DNA from: Lytechinus pictus
Lineage: Eukaryota
Reading direction: 5' to 3'
DNA: 64,000 nt
Assembly (NCBI RefSeq): GCF_037042905.1
Contig: NW_026974140.1
Span: forward strand, 434,001 to 498,000
Position 1 is the first letter of the stretch. Every line of letters starts with the position of its first letter. The notes beneath the pieces are model-generated. The model made no database searches. It was not told the origin of the DNA and was given only the letters and a program-made list of their open reading frames with translations. The translations under genes were made by a program, and so were the position numbers. Positions 25,247-39,827 of this stretch are shown here, piece after piece.

Positions 25247-28200
25247 ATGCTGCCGCCCGGTAAATATGTTTCTACTTTATTATAGGACCTACTTATACGT
25301 TTTGATAAATCCCAAATGCTGATAATGTTTATTTCTTATCACTTAATTCGATATTCTTCTGAACGTTTGAGTTTCGGCTGTCTTAATTCACTGGCCACAC
25401 TTTCTGTATCATCCATAAATTTTGTTCTGAAACTTGTTTTGCACATTTGCATTACCCTACATCCAATCAAAGCTATGCAGTACTCCACTCATTTTATAAC
25501 CCAGGATATTAACGCAACATCATTTGTTTGGTATATAGACAAAATAGACGCCTTGTATCATCGAGTGTCATCCTTACAGCTTCCCGATATTTTAATTATT
25601 ATTGTTCTTGGCGTCTACAAGCGAACCAAAATATCGAGCTACGAACTATATCATGCATACAGTCTCCTTATCATTTTTGACACACAAATGAGGTACTGTA
25701 TCTGCATTCACATGCCCAATGTTCGAATGATGTAGTTTTTACTTCTATGCTAATTTATCTATGTTTTCAAAGTGATTTATCTGTCATATTCTAGGATATT
25801 GGTACAGATATCTTACATAGCCTAGAATACTCATTCTATTAATATGTTGATATTGGATAGGGTTTGATAATCCCGTCAGTATCATCAAATCTTATTTGGT
25901 GATTTTATATAATGTAACACCATTAAAAAGGGTGTGTACCTGCCATCATCTCTTGAATGTAAAAAAAAAAAAATCAGTTATCATTCACGGTCAACTCCTA
26001 TCTATCGCCATTTGATGTCGATAACAGGGTGTGTTTCCTCCGTGACTCAAGTATTGATCTTTACAATAAAAAATTGAAAATTTAACCCTCTGGTGTGTTG
26101 GGACGCAGTCGCTTTCCAGGATACTAGAACGTCTTTATTTGATAATCAATAAAGGGTTTAAACTATGTGCACTCCTGACCTTGTACATTATACTGTATAG
26201 CATTTGATGCGCGTAAAAAAAAAAGATTTCTGAAATGTTCTAGAAGCTCGGAGAGTGACTAAATTCAGCGTCGGCTATCGAGTGTTATGTATATTTGGAT
26301 TTGATTTTTATTCTGGAACTTGCCGATCATGTCTAACTAAAGTACTTTGAAATGCCAACCTTTGTATAAAATTATACTTTGTTTTGTAAAGAGGCAAGAA
26401 AATCAGTTACTTTTCAACGGTCTCGCGCCTTCCTGGCACAAAAGGCTCTACCATTATTATAAAGTCATGTAGTTCATTGATTAGGATATTCTACATCAGT
26501 TTTTATCGATCTTTGTGCCTTTATTTTACCTTCTCTGCCACTGTTACTTCGGGCATAATAGTGTTTCGAACTTTTTTTTCAAATCAAGAATAGGTTTTTG
26601 GTTTCCTTGCCTCTCGTTATTTTGTATATAGGTATATAATAGTATAATTCGATCTCTACATTTCTCCTCAACTCAAAGATTAGACACCACAAACTATGTA
26701 AGAAATGAAGATATTACAACTTTGCAAGATGAGTCTTCATAACATAGATTATTTACCCTATTCTATGACAAAGACGTATATTGTGCTGAAAGTCTTGATA
26801 AACTTTGTTCTCACTGAACTTTTGCCATTTACCTTGATCCTATCACCATTGCTTTGTAGCAGTCTAAATATGCTTATTAGGTAAACGTTCTGTAGATTCG
26901 ATGAAATTGCCGACCGTTTTCCCCTCCCTTTCTTTGCAATTGAGATATTCGAAGGATACCGTTTACGTTTGGCATTGATACATATGTTGTGTTGTTGTTT
27001 TTTCTCTTCTAATTTAGAAATATTTCCCTACCTGATTGAAAAAAAAAGATTCATTATCAAGGAGCCCTACAGTGGTTGACCGCTAATGTTGAGTTAACTG
27101 GAATTTCGGGCTAGAAGGGCTATACGGCAAAAATTATCTTGAAGGAAATTTTTTACAGATACTTTATATACACATACATGAATACATTTTCAGCCGGTAT
27201 GCCTATCTACTAGCTATGTGGTATTGATATCTTATTACTTTTACTTTTGACCTCCAATATTGATCTTAAAGATTTAGGCTCTCTGACTACCCGCATGCTC
27301 GAACGGTCATGTGTTAAAAATTATTTAATATGTCGCATAGTGGCTTTTACAAAATACTTTGTTTGCTAGTCCATGCTATTTTGCTATTTAAAGCTGAAAT
27401 TTAATGTGCTTAATGGTTTTGTATTCCTTTGCATTGACTTGGTTTACCAGCTAGGCAAGATAGAGAGAGTGTCTATACACGAGTTTACGTTCTAAGAGTG
27501 AGATCTACTCTCTATTTGTAGATATATACGTGTGTATCTGTGTTTGTTTTTTCTAAAATTGATGTGAAGAGTTTTTGAATTAATACTATCATCGATTTCA
27601 TTTCACGTAATCTGGCTTTTAATTACACCGCCACATGTTGGTACCCTTATGTTTTATATAATATTAATAAGTGTCTTGTACAACAAGTGTAATTACTTCA
27701 TATCCTCCATCAAATAAGATGATCTATATCATTATTCCGTTGAAGACTGGTGTTTGGTGACCCTTTTGTGATGAACCTTCTAGATCGTTGTTATTGTATG
27801 TTGTATGTGTTTCGTTTTGACATATCACGCAAAATCCGCTCCATTGTTTACTCAGGTACAACATTGAAAATCATACTCCTAACAAGTTACATAAAGTACA
27901 GATTAAACCAACGTTTGACATGTTGGAACACTATTGAATTATTCCTTTCACTCTAGGGTCTTGAAATGCCAGTATGCAACAGAAGCCCCTCCATCCAGTC
28001 GTTAGACTGTTAGAAGGACTGGTTCATTTTCTGAAGTGTGGTCGCACAATGATATTCGTAATTTTCGTCCCCTAGTTTTTAGTTGTTTTTTTGTGCACAA
28101 GTTAACATGTAAGTGCACTCTTCACATCAGCTGTGTCTTTAACAGCATGCGAGTCCAAATGTTCCTCAAAATCACGCTTTCACTAATCAATGGAAGTATG

Positions 28201-29327
28201 CCGATTTCTGTCCCGTTTTACAGAGATTTCGACCGAGCGCCTAACGCTTCCCTCGATTCACTTGCATATGATGTTCAAATTCACTTGTATAAATCTGCCT
28301 GCGATCGATCGGTCGTCGGTCTCTGTGGTTACGGGGCGCTAGTCATGTTTCTCATTTTTGTTGGTCTCGCTCTTTCACATGCAACCCCTTGTGACAAATA
28401 CATGATTGTTACCCTTTTCGCAGTTTATACAATCGTTACATGCTTCTTTATCATTATGGGTATTTGTCTATGAATGTATGCCTTTTCTTTAATACACGAC
28501 ATTTGGTCATTCTTTCTCATCCTTGCTGTTGTTTCTACAATATTCCTTCTAATTATATCTGCCGTTTTAATCTGTGTGTAATATTGGGGTTTGTGGGGGA
28601 GCATGCACCACCCTTGTTGGGTTTTGAATTGTACACAAAGCGATTTACTGCAAAGAACTTCTTATGCAGAATTTTTTTTTTCATGCTAATGTATCAAATT
28701 AATTCCTCCTACTGTCTTACTTTTGGGAGATTCTTACACAAATGGTATATATGAACATTATTTACATATTGGACTTATTGATACATATCCAACACAGTAC
28801 TGTATCAGATGTTTCTCAGTCTTTCGTTTTATTTATTTTGATTGCTGTCCCAATCTTTTTAAATCGAAGTATCTTATCGCAATGTCTATTATTAGTTCGT
28901 TTGCTATGCTTTGCGATTTAAAGGGCTTGCATGTTCCTCCAATAACCTTTCAATTTTCTCATTATTGCTGGTGCTTGTTGGTTCTTCTTTCCCCTCATGG
29001 AAAGGTATATACATGGAAAATATAGACACATTTTACGTCTTCCCTCGAAGGGTTAATGTCTGTAATATTGCCTAAAATACTTTGCTTATTTTGTTCCTGT
29101 TATACAGTCAGCTCTGAATATTCTCCATCTTTTTATAATTTGAAGGTTCCTAGGATTTAAGTGCTCCTGTATATTTGTTTTCTTTATTTTTTGTTTGTTT
29201 GTTTTTGTGTTTGTCGTTACTTGTCTGTATTCGTATCTGTCATTCTCGTAATATCATGTCTTGTGTTATTTCGTTTAGCTGATCCGCATACTCCTCCCTA
29301 TCTCTGGAGATCCCCTAGACATCCTTT

Positions 29328-31777
29328 GTGATGGCTGTAAACACAAATTTCCCATTTTCTGATATAGATATTGATGAATTACACGATACTTTCCAGGCTG
29401 CCTTTAATTCGAAGTTTGATGAATGTAAAAATTATGTTTTTCATGACTCCGTAGCTCAAACTCTTAATGCACAAGCTAATATTGATTCTATTTCTGATCA
29501 TAATGATAATACGTATCAACATACCCCCTCGCTCTATTTTACTGATAAACAGATAGCGTCGAAACAACTTGACAACAGTAACTTTCTCATGCTACATTGC
29601 AACATTCGCAGTGCCAACAAAAATTTTGAATCACTTCGTTCCCTTTTATTGAATTCTAAGCTCTTTTGTTCTGTGATAGGTTTGTCAGAAACGTGGCTTT
29701 CCCACTGTACTCAACTATCCTTTTATACGCTGCCAGGTTATAATTTGGTCACAAATAATCGAATAGGGAAATCAGGTGGAGGCGTTGCTCTTTTTGTATC
29801 CCAACAATTCGATTACAGGTTAAGGCCTGATCTTACTTTAATGAATGATGCTATTGAAACACTTTTTGTTGAAATTCTTATGCCCAACGACAAAAATATT
29901 CTGGTTGGAACGATTTACAGGCCGCCTTACTCCTCCCACGATTACTTTTTAAATATATTCCATGGGTTATTGGCACTCCATGAGATGGTCAATAAAACGT
30001 GTTTTTTACTCGGCGATTTCAATATTGACTTACTAAAATACGATACTGATACTTTTGTTCAAACTTGTTCGGATGTAATAATGACAGCAGGTTTCCTTCC
30101 TTTGATAACCAAGCCAACTCGAATCACAGGTACATCGGTTACTCTCATCGACAATATATTTACAAATACCAGAAGTACTCTCTCTACGGGAATAATTCTT
30201 TCTGATTTGTCGGACCATTTTCCCATATTTTCGCATTTTAAACTAGATACCAACGCCACTGAACACAAAGTTGATCATAATACTCGACGTGATTTTTCTG
30301 AAAAAAATATGAATCTGTTCAATGAAGAGTTAGGAAATGTTGATTGGTCAGGAATTTACAGTAATCAAAATGCCGAGGATGCATTTGACGCTTTTATGAA
30401 TAAAATGAATCCATTAATGAATAGCTCTTTTCCCGTAGTGCGATTCAAACGCTCTAATTACAAAAAGGTTCCAAGGTCCCCATGGATTACACCTAGCATT
30501 TTGCGCTCAATAAACAGAAAGAATAACCTTTACTTAAAAACTATTTCAAAGCCTTGCGACAGTAATAGAAAAAAGTACACTGACTACAAAAATATTCTGA
30601 CAGGTATACTGAGAAAATGTAAAAATTATTATTTTCAAAATCAATTTGACCTCTATAGAAACGATGTTAAAAATACATGGAAAGTTATAAAAACGTTATA
30701 CAAGGTAGCTTCAAAATGTCTACGCCCGCGAAAATAAATGTTGATGGTGAATTGGTAAAGGATCCCCTTGCCTTGGCAAATGTTTTTAATGACTATTTTG
30801 CATCCGTAGGCCAAAATCTTGCCAGCACAATCCCTGCCTCTTCTAAACACTTCACATCTTTTCTTAATGTCCCTAATCCAAATTCGATATATTTCACACC
30901 AACAGACGTAAGAGAACTAGCTGATATAATTTCTGGACTTAAGAATAAAATGAGTTCAGGATGTGACGATATAAGTAACATTCTCCTGAAAAGAAACCTG
31001 ATACACATTATTAAACCTTTGACTTATATATTTAATTTGTCTCTTTCTACAGGAGTTGTACCTTCATCATTAAAGCAAGCCCGAGTAATCCCTATTTAAA
31101 AAAAAAGGCGACAACACCGTGTTGGGAAATTATCGCCCCATATCATTATTGACATGCCTTTCGAAGGTTTTGGAAAAAGTAATTTTTGTACGCACGACAA
31201 AGTTTCTTAATATACATAAATTGTTTTATCCCCTGCAGTTTGGTTTTCGCGAAAAACATAGTACTACTCATGCCCTGTTGGCAATGATTAATAAGATCAC
31301 CAATGGAATTGACAAGTATGAGCATACTGTTGGGGTGTTCCAGGACTTCTCCAAGGCTTTCGACACAATCAACCATGATATCCTTTTAAACAAGCTTAAT
31401 TATTATGGAATCAGAGGGATAGCCTTGGAGTGGTTCAGGAACTACCTCAGCAGTAGGCAGCAAAATGTTTCCATAGCAAATGTAAATTCCCCTCCAAAAT
31501 CTATCTCATGTGGAGTCCCTCAAGGCTCAATCTTGGGTCCGCTTCTTTTTTGGTCTACATTAATGATTTTTATAAATCATCAAGTACTTTATCATTCATT
31601 CTTTTTGCCGACGACTCAAATATATTTTTTCCCATAAGGATCCCAAACATTTACTTGACACACTCAATAAAGAATTAAAACTAGTCTCAGAGTGGATCAA
31701 AACCAACAAATTATCGCTTAATCTCACTAAAACAAATTACATGCTCTTCAGCAATATCATTGATGAACTCCCAGGTA
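29328..31777 (+). pseudogene. LINE-A ORF2 (APE endonuclease + RT), CR1 group (Crack/Daphne/L2-like), frameshifted
   Basis: HCNIRS, GLSETWL, IYRPP, LLGDFN, LIDNIF and SDHFPI endonuclease motifs; NYRPISLL, QFGFR, DFSKAFDT, GVPQGSILGP and FILFADD (~31595-31615) RT motifs. Confidence 0.92.
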
Positions 31778-33307
31778 TGTTTGTGAATATGTTATCGATT
31801 AACGTGGCAGACGACTTCGTAATACGTGAGGGTTTGTTAATTAAAGGGTAGCATGAATTACTAAATATCATATTAATAAAGTTTTTAACATAATTCTTTT
31901 GATCATGTTGTAATAGGTCAACATTGAAATCACCCATTCGCTGGTGAGTTTGGCAAACACAGCGTCCATTGCTTCTGAAAAATCGTCAATTGGAACGTTT
32001 GGGAGTTTATATATGACACCTACAATAATATTCTTTCTTTTTTCTTGAATTATTTCTATAAAAAAGGAGTCGCATAAATTTGCATCGAGCATCAGGTCAT
32101 CTCTTTGAAAATAAGTATATGAGATGCAATGTACATTCCGACACCTCCGCCATGTTTATGATGCCTATTCTTACAAACAAATGTGTATTTATCGATGTTC
32201 AATAAAGGACAATCGTCTGTTAACCAAGTCTCTGACATACCAACTATATCAAACTGAAAATTTATGAGGCTCAAAAAATGTTTAAGGGAATCAAAGTTTT
32301 TTAAGAATACTCCTCGTATTAAAATGAATATTGGAAAAAGATTCATTAACATTTATGCTTCTAAAAGTTTTAGCAAAGTTTTCCGCTTCATAATAATTTG
32401 AACTGGACGTCGCATAGTCCGCAAAATAATTGATGTCGGGGTCTATATTTACATTATTATTATGCATGTCACTCTCAATCATAAATGGGTTAAACCTGAG
32501 GTTTAAATTGACAACTTCGGTGGGGCATGATATAGCCGATTCTAAATCATCTACGGAATGAAACGGGAACACATTGGATGAACAATGGATACACACGAGC
32601 AGGCTCTCATTCCATTCATTATATACAACGTTACATTTGCATGATTGACAGTAGATTTGATTACGTAATAGGACATTATTATCATTAGGCATCAATACAG
32701 TACTACTCATTTAAAGGTCAAGTCCACCCCAGGAATATGCTGACTTGAAAAAATAGAGAAAAATCAAACTATATATTTCGACACATTTTTGAAGGAGGCG
32801 AAAACCAGGAAAGGAGAGCTTGAGTTGGGGTCGCCAGATATAAATAAATAATAAGTTACGTACTGTTATGACATCATATGTAATTGCATATAATTAAGAA
32901 AGTTAAGAGTAGAAAAGAAACATACAGTAGATGGAGAAGAGGGAGAAGAAATGTAGGCATTAGAAGATAAGTTCATTTGAATAACAGAGTAAACTGGTCG
33001 CAATTACGTAACATTGGTACATGTATAAAGAGCTCGACTGACATTTGTCTAGCATAGCAACGGGTAAGGCATGTGCATTAATTAACAATAGAAATGGAAG
33101 GTAGTTCAATCATGTCAACATGTCAATGATCTCTGTCAGTGACCTAGAATCAGGAGGAGACATTCAACTGGAAACGATGTGTTTCGTTTTCACTCAAGCG
33201 TATATAGAGAATTAGATGCGTATACATGTAGAAACAGGTGCTCTGCGATTCAATATATAAATAGGCTTATTATAAAAGAAGTTACAAACATCAGATTCAA
33301 ATAGTGA
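31775..33307 (-). repeat. Near-identical copy of 36865-38398 (LINE-B endonuclease + MITE fragment + LINE-B 3' UTR)
   Basis: Sequence is collinear and almost identical, including the chimeric junction AAATCAAACT|ATATATTTCG at 32770 and 37860. Confidence 0.95.
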
Positions 33308-34025
33308 AGGTTTTGGAAAAAGTAATTTTTGTACGCACGACAAAGTTTCTTAATATACATAAATTGTTTTATCCCCTGCAGTTTGGTTTTCGCGAAAAAC
33401 ATAGTACTACTCATGCCCTGTTGGGAATGATTAATAAGATCACCAATGGAATTGACAAGTATGAGCATACTGTTGGGGTGTTCCAGGACTTCTCCAAGGC
33501 TTTCGACACAATCAACCATGATATCCTTTTAAACAAGCTTAATTATTATGGAATCAGAGGGATAGCCTTGGAGTGGTTCAGGAACTACCTCAGCAGTAGG
33601 CAGCAAAATGTTTCCATAGCAAATGTAAATTCCCCTCCAAAATCTATCTCATGTGGAGTCCCTCGAGGCTCAATCTTGGGTCCGCTTCTTTTTTGGTCTA
33701 CATTAATGATTTTTATAAATCATCAAGTACTTTATCATTCATTCTTTTTGCCGACGACTCAAATATATTTTTTCCCATAAGGATCCCAAACATTTACTTG
33801 ACACACTCAATAAAGAATTAAAACTAGTCTCAGAGTGGATCAAAACCAACAAATTATCGCTTAATCTCACTAAAACAAATTACATGCTCTTCAGCAATAT
33901 CATTGATGAACTCCCAGGTAACATTACTTTTGATAATATTAATATTCAAAGAGTATTAAGTTCGAAATTTTTAGGAGTAACTATCGACGACAGACTGTCA
34001 TGGAAAGAACATATAGATAACATTT
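33306..34025 (+). pseudogene. Second copy of LINE-A RT segment (duplicate of ~31163-31777) continuing into the RT thumb, 3'-truncated
   Basis: ORF 33304-33780 is nearly identical to 31119-31637 with the same frameshift; continues to KFLGVTIDDRLSWKEHI. Confidence 0.93.
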
Positions 34026-37000
34026 ATACCCTTCAAACAGATACAAAATAATATTTGACATAGTAACGAATACAGTATATATTTCGACACATTTTTGAAG
34101 GAGGCGAAAACCAGGAAAGGAGAGCTTGAGTTGGGGTCGCCAGATATAAATAAATAACAAGTTACGTACTGTTATGACATCATATGTAATTGCATATAAT
34201 TAAGAAAGTTAAGAGTAGAAAAGAAACATACAGTAGAGGGAGAAGAGGGAGAAGAAATGTAGGCATTAGAAGATAAGTTCATTTGAATAACAGAGTAAAC
34301 TGGTCGCAATTACGTAACATTGGTACATGTATAAAGAGCTCGACTGACATTTGTCTAGCATAGCAACGGGTAAGGCATGTGCATTAATTAACAATAGAAA
34401 TGGAAGGTAGTTCAATCATGTCAACATGTCAATGATCTCTGTCAGTGACCTAGAATCAGGAGGAGACATTCAACTGGAAACGATGTGTTTCGTTTTCACT
34501 CAAGCGTATATAGAGAATTAGATGCGTATACATGTAGAAACAGGTGCTCTGCGATTCAATCTATAAATAGGCTTATTATAAAAGAAGTTACAAACATCAG
34601 ATTCAAATAGTGATGCTTAGCGAGCATTTAAATAAAGTTTCATTTTATATGAGAAAGATTGCAAAGAAAGAGAGTTTTGTAGGCGGGCTGGTAAACTGTT
34701 CCAAAAGTTTGGCCCAGAGTATCGAATATCGTATTGAAATCTTCGGGTTCTATGTTTTGGTAAATGAATTTGGGTAGCGCTTCTCGTACTATACTTCTGA
34801 ATATCCGAATTGCAGTTAGAATGACAGAGATTACTAAATTGAGAGGGGAAAATGTTGTTCGTGCTTTTGTACATAAAAATACTTTGCTGATGAAAATTAA
34901 TATCGCTAAATTTCAATAATGTTAACTCTTTCAATACAGGATTTGTGTGAGATTGAAAATGTAATCCAGATATAATACGAACAATCCTCTTTTGCAGTAT
35001 TATAAGCTTTAGGATGCTAGACTTACAGGAGTTGGCCCAAATAATATTACAATACGAGAAATATGGAAGTATCAGAGCACAATATAACATACGTAGAATG
35101 TGACTTGGCAAGAGATATTCAATTCTAGATATAATACCAATGTTTTTGGATACTTTACTTTCGACCTCATGTATATGATATTTCCATGTCATAAAACTAT
35201 CTAAATAAATTCCAAGGAACTTGTCTACCCGTGGTAATATTACGTTGTCGAGTATAACACATGCATAATTCAAATCGACATTCTTTCTATTATGAAAAAC
35301 CATGTAGTTACATTTCTTGACATTTAAAGATAATTTGCTAGCTTTAAACCATTCACATACATGTACAAGATTTGCATTCACAATATCACAAAGGGAGTTC
35401 AAGTTTGAATTGCTATAAAATATATTTGTATCATCGGCGTATAGTATAGAGGATAGCTCATTTGCTGATTTATAAAGATCATTAATATATAATATAAATA
35501 ACAATGGGCCGAGGAGACTGCCCTGGGGAATTCCACAGGTTATTGTCTTGAAATCTGACACACACGATTTGTATTTAGTACATTGTAAACGATTATTAAG
35601 ATAGCTGGTGAACCAATTATAAGCAATACTACGTATGCCGTAACGATTTAATTTAGATAGTAATATGTTTTGGTTAATTGTATCAAAGGCTTTGGATAAA
35701 TCGATGAAAACTCCAATTGCGAACTCATTATTTTCAAAAGCATCTATTATTTTACTAGAGAGACTTGTAAGAGCCATGCTTGTAGAATAATCTTTACGAA
35801 ACCCAAATTGATTTTCATAAAGAATAGAACATTTATCAAGAAATTCGAAAGTCCTCTTGTAAACAATACGCTCTAATAACTTAGAAGAAACAGACAAAAC
35901 AGAAATAGGTCTGTAGTTCGTAAATTCACCTTTGTCCCCAGATTAAAAAAATTGTGTCACTTTGGCCTTTTTTAATTCATGAGGAAACATTCCTTTTGAT
36001 AAAGACAAATTAAATATATGACACGAAGGTCCACAAATATATGGTACGACTTGTTTGCTGACTCTTGGACTATATTCATCCAAACCAGCCGCTTTATTGT
36101 TTTTAAATGTTTTAACAATGTTACAAATCGACATTCTCCGAGGTGGGATACAGATACAAGGAGTCAGTTGGTGGATCATTGATAAGCTTCAAATAGTCCG
36201 TTTGAGTTTCAAGGATTCTGTTTGCCAAAGATGGACCGATATTAGGGAAAAAAAATATTAAACGAATTCGATATAGTGCTCGGTTCTGTAACAGTTTTCC
36301 CGTTATGTTTGAACACAGAATTTTCACTTGGTTTACTTTTATTAAGTAGTAAATTAATTGTTTTCCAAGTGCGATTAATATTGGATTTATTGAGTAAAAA
36401 TTCATTATGAAAATATTGTGATTTTGTTTTACGAATTAGCGCTGTGAGTAAAATTACGATAACTTTTATAAACGGAAGCAATTTCATCTGACGTATTACG
36501 TATATACCATTTATATCATTTATTCTTCTGTCGAATAGACTGTAACAGGCCTTTCGTCATCCAATATTTCAATTTTTTATTCCTATTTTTTAACTACGAC
36601 AGGGAGATTTTAATCATATAGTTTACGAAATTTCGCCTGAAAAAGATTATAACTTTGATTTGGATCGTCATTATCATATACTACTCCCCAGTCGACTTCT
36701 TGTAAATCCCTATATAAAACTTCAATACTTCTCTCATTTATCATTCTACAACTAGCCTTTGCATTTTGATGATTTTACATTGCTAGTGCCGAATTTCGAT
36801 ATATGAAAGACTGGCAAGTGATCAGAGACATTACAATTCAATAAACCAGAATCAATAGATGAATGTATGTTTGTGAATATGTTATCGATTAACGTGGCAG
36901 ACGACTTCGTAATACGTGAGGGTTTGTTAATTAAAGGGTAGCATGAATTACTAAATATCATATTAATAAAGTTTTTAACATAATTGTTTTGATCATGTTG

Positions 37001-37800
37001 TAATAGGTCAACATTGAAATCACCCATTCGCTGGTGAGTTTGGCAAACACAGCGTCCATTGCTTCTGAAAAATCGTCAATTGGAACGTTTGGGAGTTTAT
37101 ATATGACACCTACAATAATATTCTTTCTTTTTTCTTGAATTATTTCTATAAAAAAGGAGTCGCATAAATTTGCATCGAGCATCAGGTCATCTCTTTGAAA
37201 ATAAGTATATGAGTTTGCAATGTACATTCCGACACCTCCGCCATGTTTATGATGCCTATTCTTACAAACAAATGTGTATTTATCGATGTTCAATAAAGGA
37301 CAATCGTCTGTTAACCAAGTCTCTGACATACCAACTATATCAAACTGAAAATTTATGAGGCTCAAAAAATGTTTAAGGGAATCAAAGTTTTTAAGAATAC
37401 TCCTCGTATTAAAATGAATATTGGAAAAAGATTCATTAACATTTATGCTTCTAAAAGTTTTAGCAAAGTTTTCCGCTTCATAATAATTTGAACTGGACGT
37501 CGCATAGTCCGCAAAATAATTGATGTCGGGGTCTATATTTACATTATTATTATGCATGTCACTCTCAATCATAAATGGGTTAAACCTGAGGTTTAAATTG
37601 ACAACTTCGGTGGGGCATGATATAGCCGATTCTAAATCATCTACGGAATGAAACGGGAACACATTGGATGAACAATGGATACACACGAGCAGGCTCTCAT
37701 TCCATTCATTATATACAACGTTACATTTGCATGATTGACAGTAGATTTGATTACGTAATAGGACATTATTATCATTAGGCATCAATACAGTACTACTCAT
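34026..37800 (-). mobile_element. LINE-B ORF2 (endonuclease + RT, frameshifted) with 3' UTR, CR1 group
   Basis: ORFs 36958-37800 (N-terminal Cys cluster; HFNTRS, GMSETWL), 36752-37027 (GDFN, SDHLPV) and 34617-35897 (QFGFR, DLSKAFDT, GIPQGSLLGP, LYADD). 3' UTR ~34026-34616. Confidence 0.93.
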
Positions 37801-37860
37801 TTAAAGGTCAAGTCCACCCCAGGAATATGCTGACTTGAAAAAATAGAGAAAAATCAAACT

Positions 37861-39823
37861 ATATATTTCGACACATTTTTGAAGGAGGCGAAAACCAGGA
37901 AAGGAGAGCTTGAGTTGGGGTCGCCAGATATAAATAAATAACAAGTTACGTACTGTTATGACATCATATGTAATTGCATATAATTAAGAAAGTTAAGAGT
38001 AGAAAAGAAACATACAGTAGATGGAGAAGAGGGAGAAGAAATGTAGGCATTAGAAGATAAGTTCATTTGAATAACAGAGTAAACTGGTCGCAATTACGTA
38101 ACATTGGTACATGTATAAAGAGCTCGACTGACATTTGTCTAGCATAGCAACGGGTAAGGCATGTGCATTAATTAACAATAGAAATGGAAGGTAGTTCAAT
38201 CATGTCAACATGTCAATGATCTCTGTCAGTGACCTAGAATCAGGAGGAGACATTCAACTGGAAACGATGTGTTTCGTTTTCACTCAAGCGTATATAGAGA
38301 ATTAGATGCGTATACATGTAGAAACAGGTGCTCTGCGATTCAATATATAAATAGGCTTATTATAAAAGAAGTTACAAACATCAGATTCAAATAGTGATGC
38401 TTAGCGAGCATTTAAATAAAGTTTCATTTTATATGAGAAAGATTGCAAAGAAAGAGAGTTTTGCAGGCGGGCTGGTAAACTGTTCCAAAAGTTTGGCCCA
38501 GAGTATCGAATATCGTATTGAAATCTTCGGGTTCTATGTTTTGGTAAATGAATTTGGGTAGCGCTTCTCGTACTATACTTCTGAATATCCGAATTGCAGT
38601 TAGAATGACAGAGATTACTAAATTGAGAGGGGAAAATGTTGTTCGTGCTTTTGTACATAAAAATACTTTGCTGATGAAAATTAATATCGCTAAATTTCAA
38701 TAATGTTAACTCTTTCAATACAGGATTTGTGTGAGATTGAAAATGTAATCCAGATATAATACGAACAATCCTCTTTTGCAGTATTATAAGCTTTAGGATG
38801 CTAGACTTACAGGATATTTTGATATATGAAAGACTGGCAAGTGATCAGAGACATTACAATTCAATAAACCAGAATCAATAGATGAATGTATGTTTGTGAA
38901 TATGTTATCGATTAACGTGGCAGACGACTTCGTAATACGTGAGGGTTTGTTAATTAAAGGGTAGCATGAATTACTAAATATCATATTAATAAAGTTTTTA
39001 ACATAATTGTTTTGATCATGTTGTAATAGGTCAACATTGAAATCACCCATTCGCTGGTGAGTTTGGCAAACACAGCGTCCATTGCTTCTGAAAAATCGTC
39101 AATTGGAACGTTTGGGAGTTTATATATGACACCTACAATAATATTCTTTCTTTTTTCTTGAATTATTTCTATAAAAAAGGAGTCGCATAAATTTGCATCG
39201 AGCATCAGGTCATCTCTTTGAAAATAAGTATATGAGTTTGCAATGTACATTCCGACACCTCCGCCATGTTTATGATGCCTATTCTTACAAACAAATGTGT
39301 ATTTATCGATGTTCAATAAAGGACAATCGTCTGTTAACCAAGTCTCTGACATACCAACTATATCAAACTGAAAATTTATGAGGCTCAAAAAATGTTTAAG
39401 GGAATCAAAGTTTTTAAGAATACTCCTCGTATTAAAATGAATATTGGAAAAAGATTCATTAACATTTATGCTTCTAAATGTTTTAGCAAAGTTTTCCGCT
39501 TCATAATAATTTGAACTGGACGTCGCATAGTCCGCAAAATAATTGATGTCGGGGTCTATATTTACATTATTATTATGCATGTCACTCTCAATCATAAATG
39601 GGTTAAACCTGAGGTTTAAATTGACAACTTCGGTGGGGCATGATATAGCCGATTCCAAATCATCTACGGAATGAAACGGGAACACATTGGATGAACAATG
39701 GATACACACGAGCAGGCTCTCATTCCATTCATTATATACAACGTTACATTTGCATGATTGACAGTAGATTTGATTACGTAATAGGACATTATTATCATTA
39801 GGCATCAATACAGTACTACTCAT
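37861..39823 (-). mobile_element. Tandem duplicate of LINE-B ORF2/3' UTR with an internal ~1.75-kb deletion
   Basis: 37861-38813 matches ~34077-35030 and ~38820-39823 matches ~36797-37800; the deletion junction is ACTTACAGGA|TATTTT|GATATATG at ~38814. Confidence 0.93.
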
Positions 39824-39827
39824 TTAA

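Noticed and set aside
32291..39823. Three-copy 280-aa 'gene family' starting MSSTVLMPND
   Set aside because: These are duplicated, frameshifted LINE endonuclease fragments.
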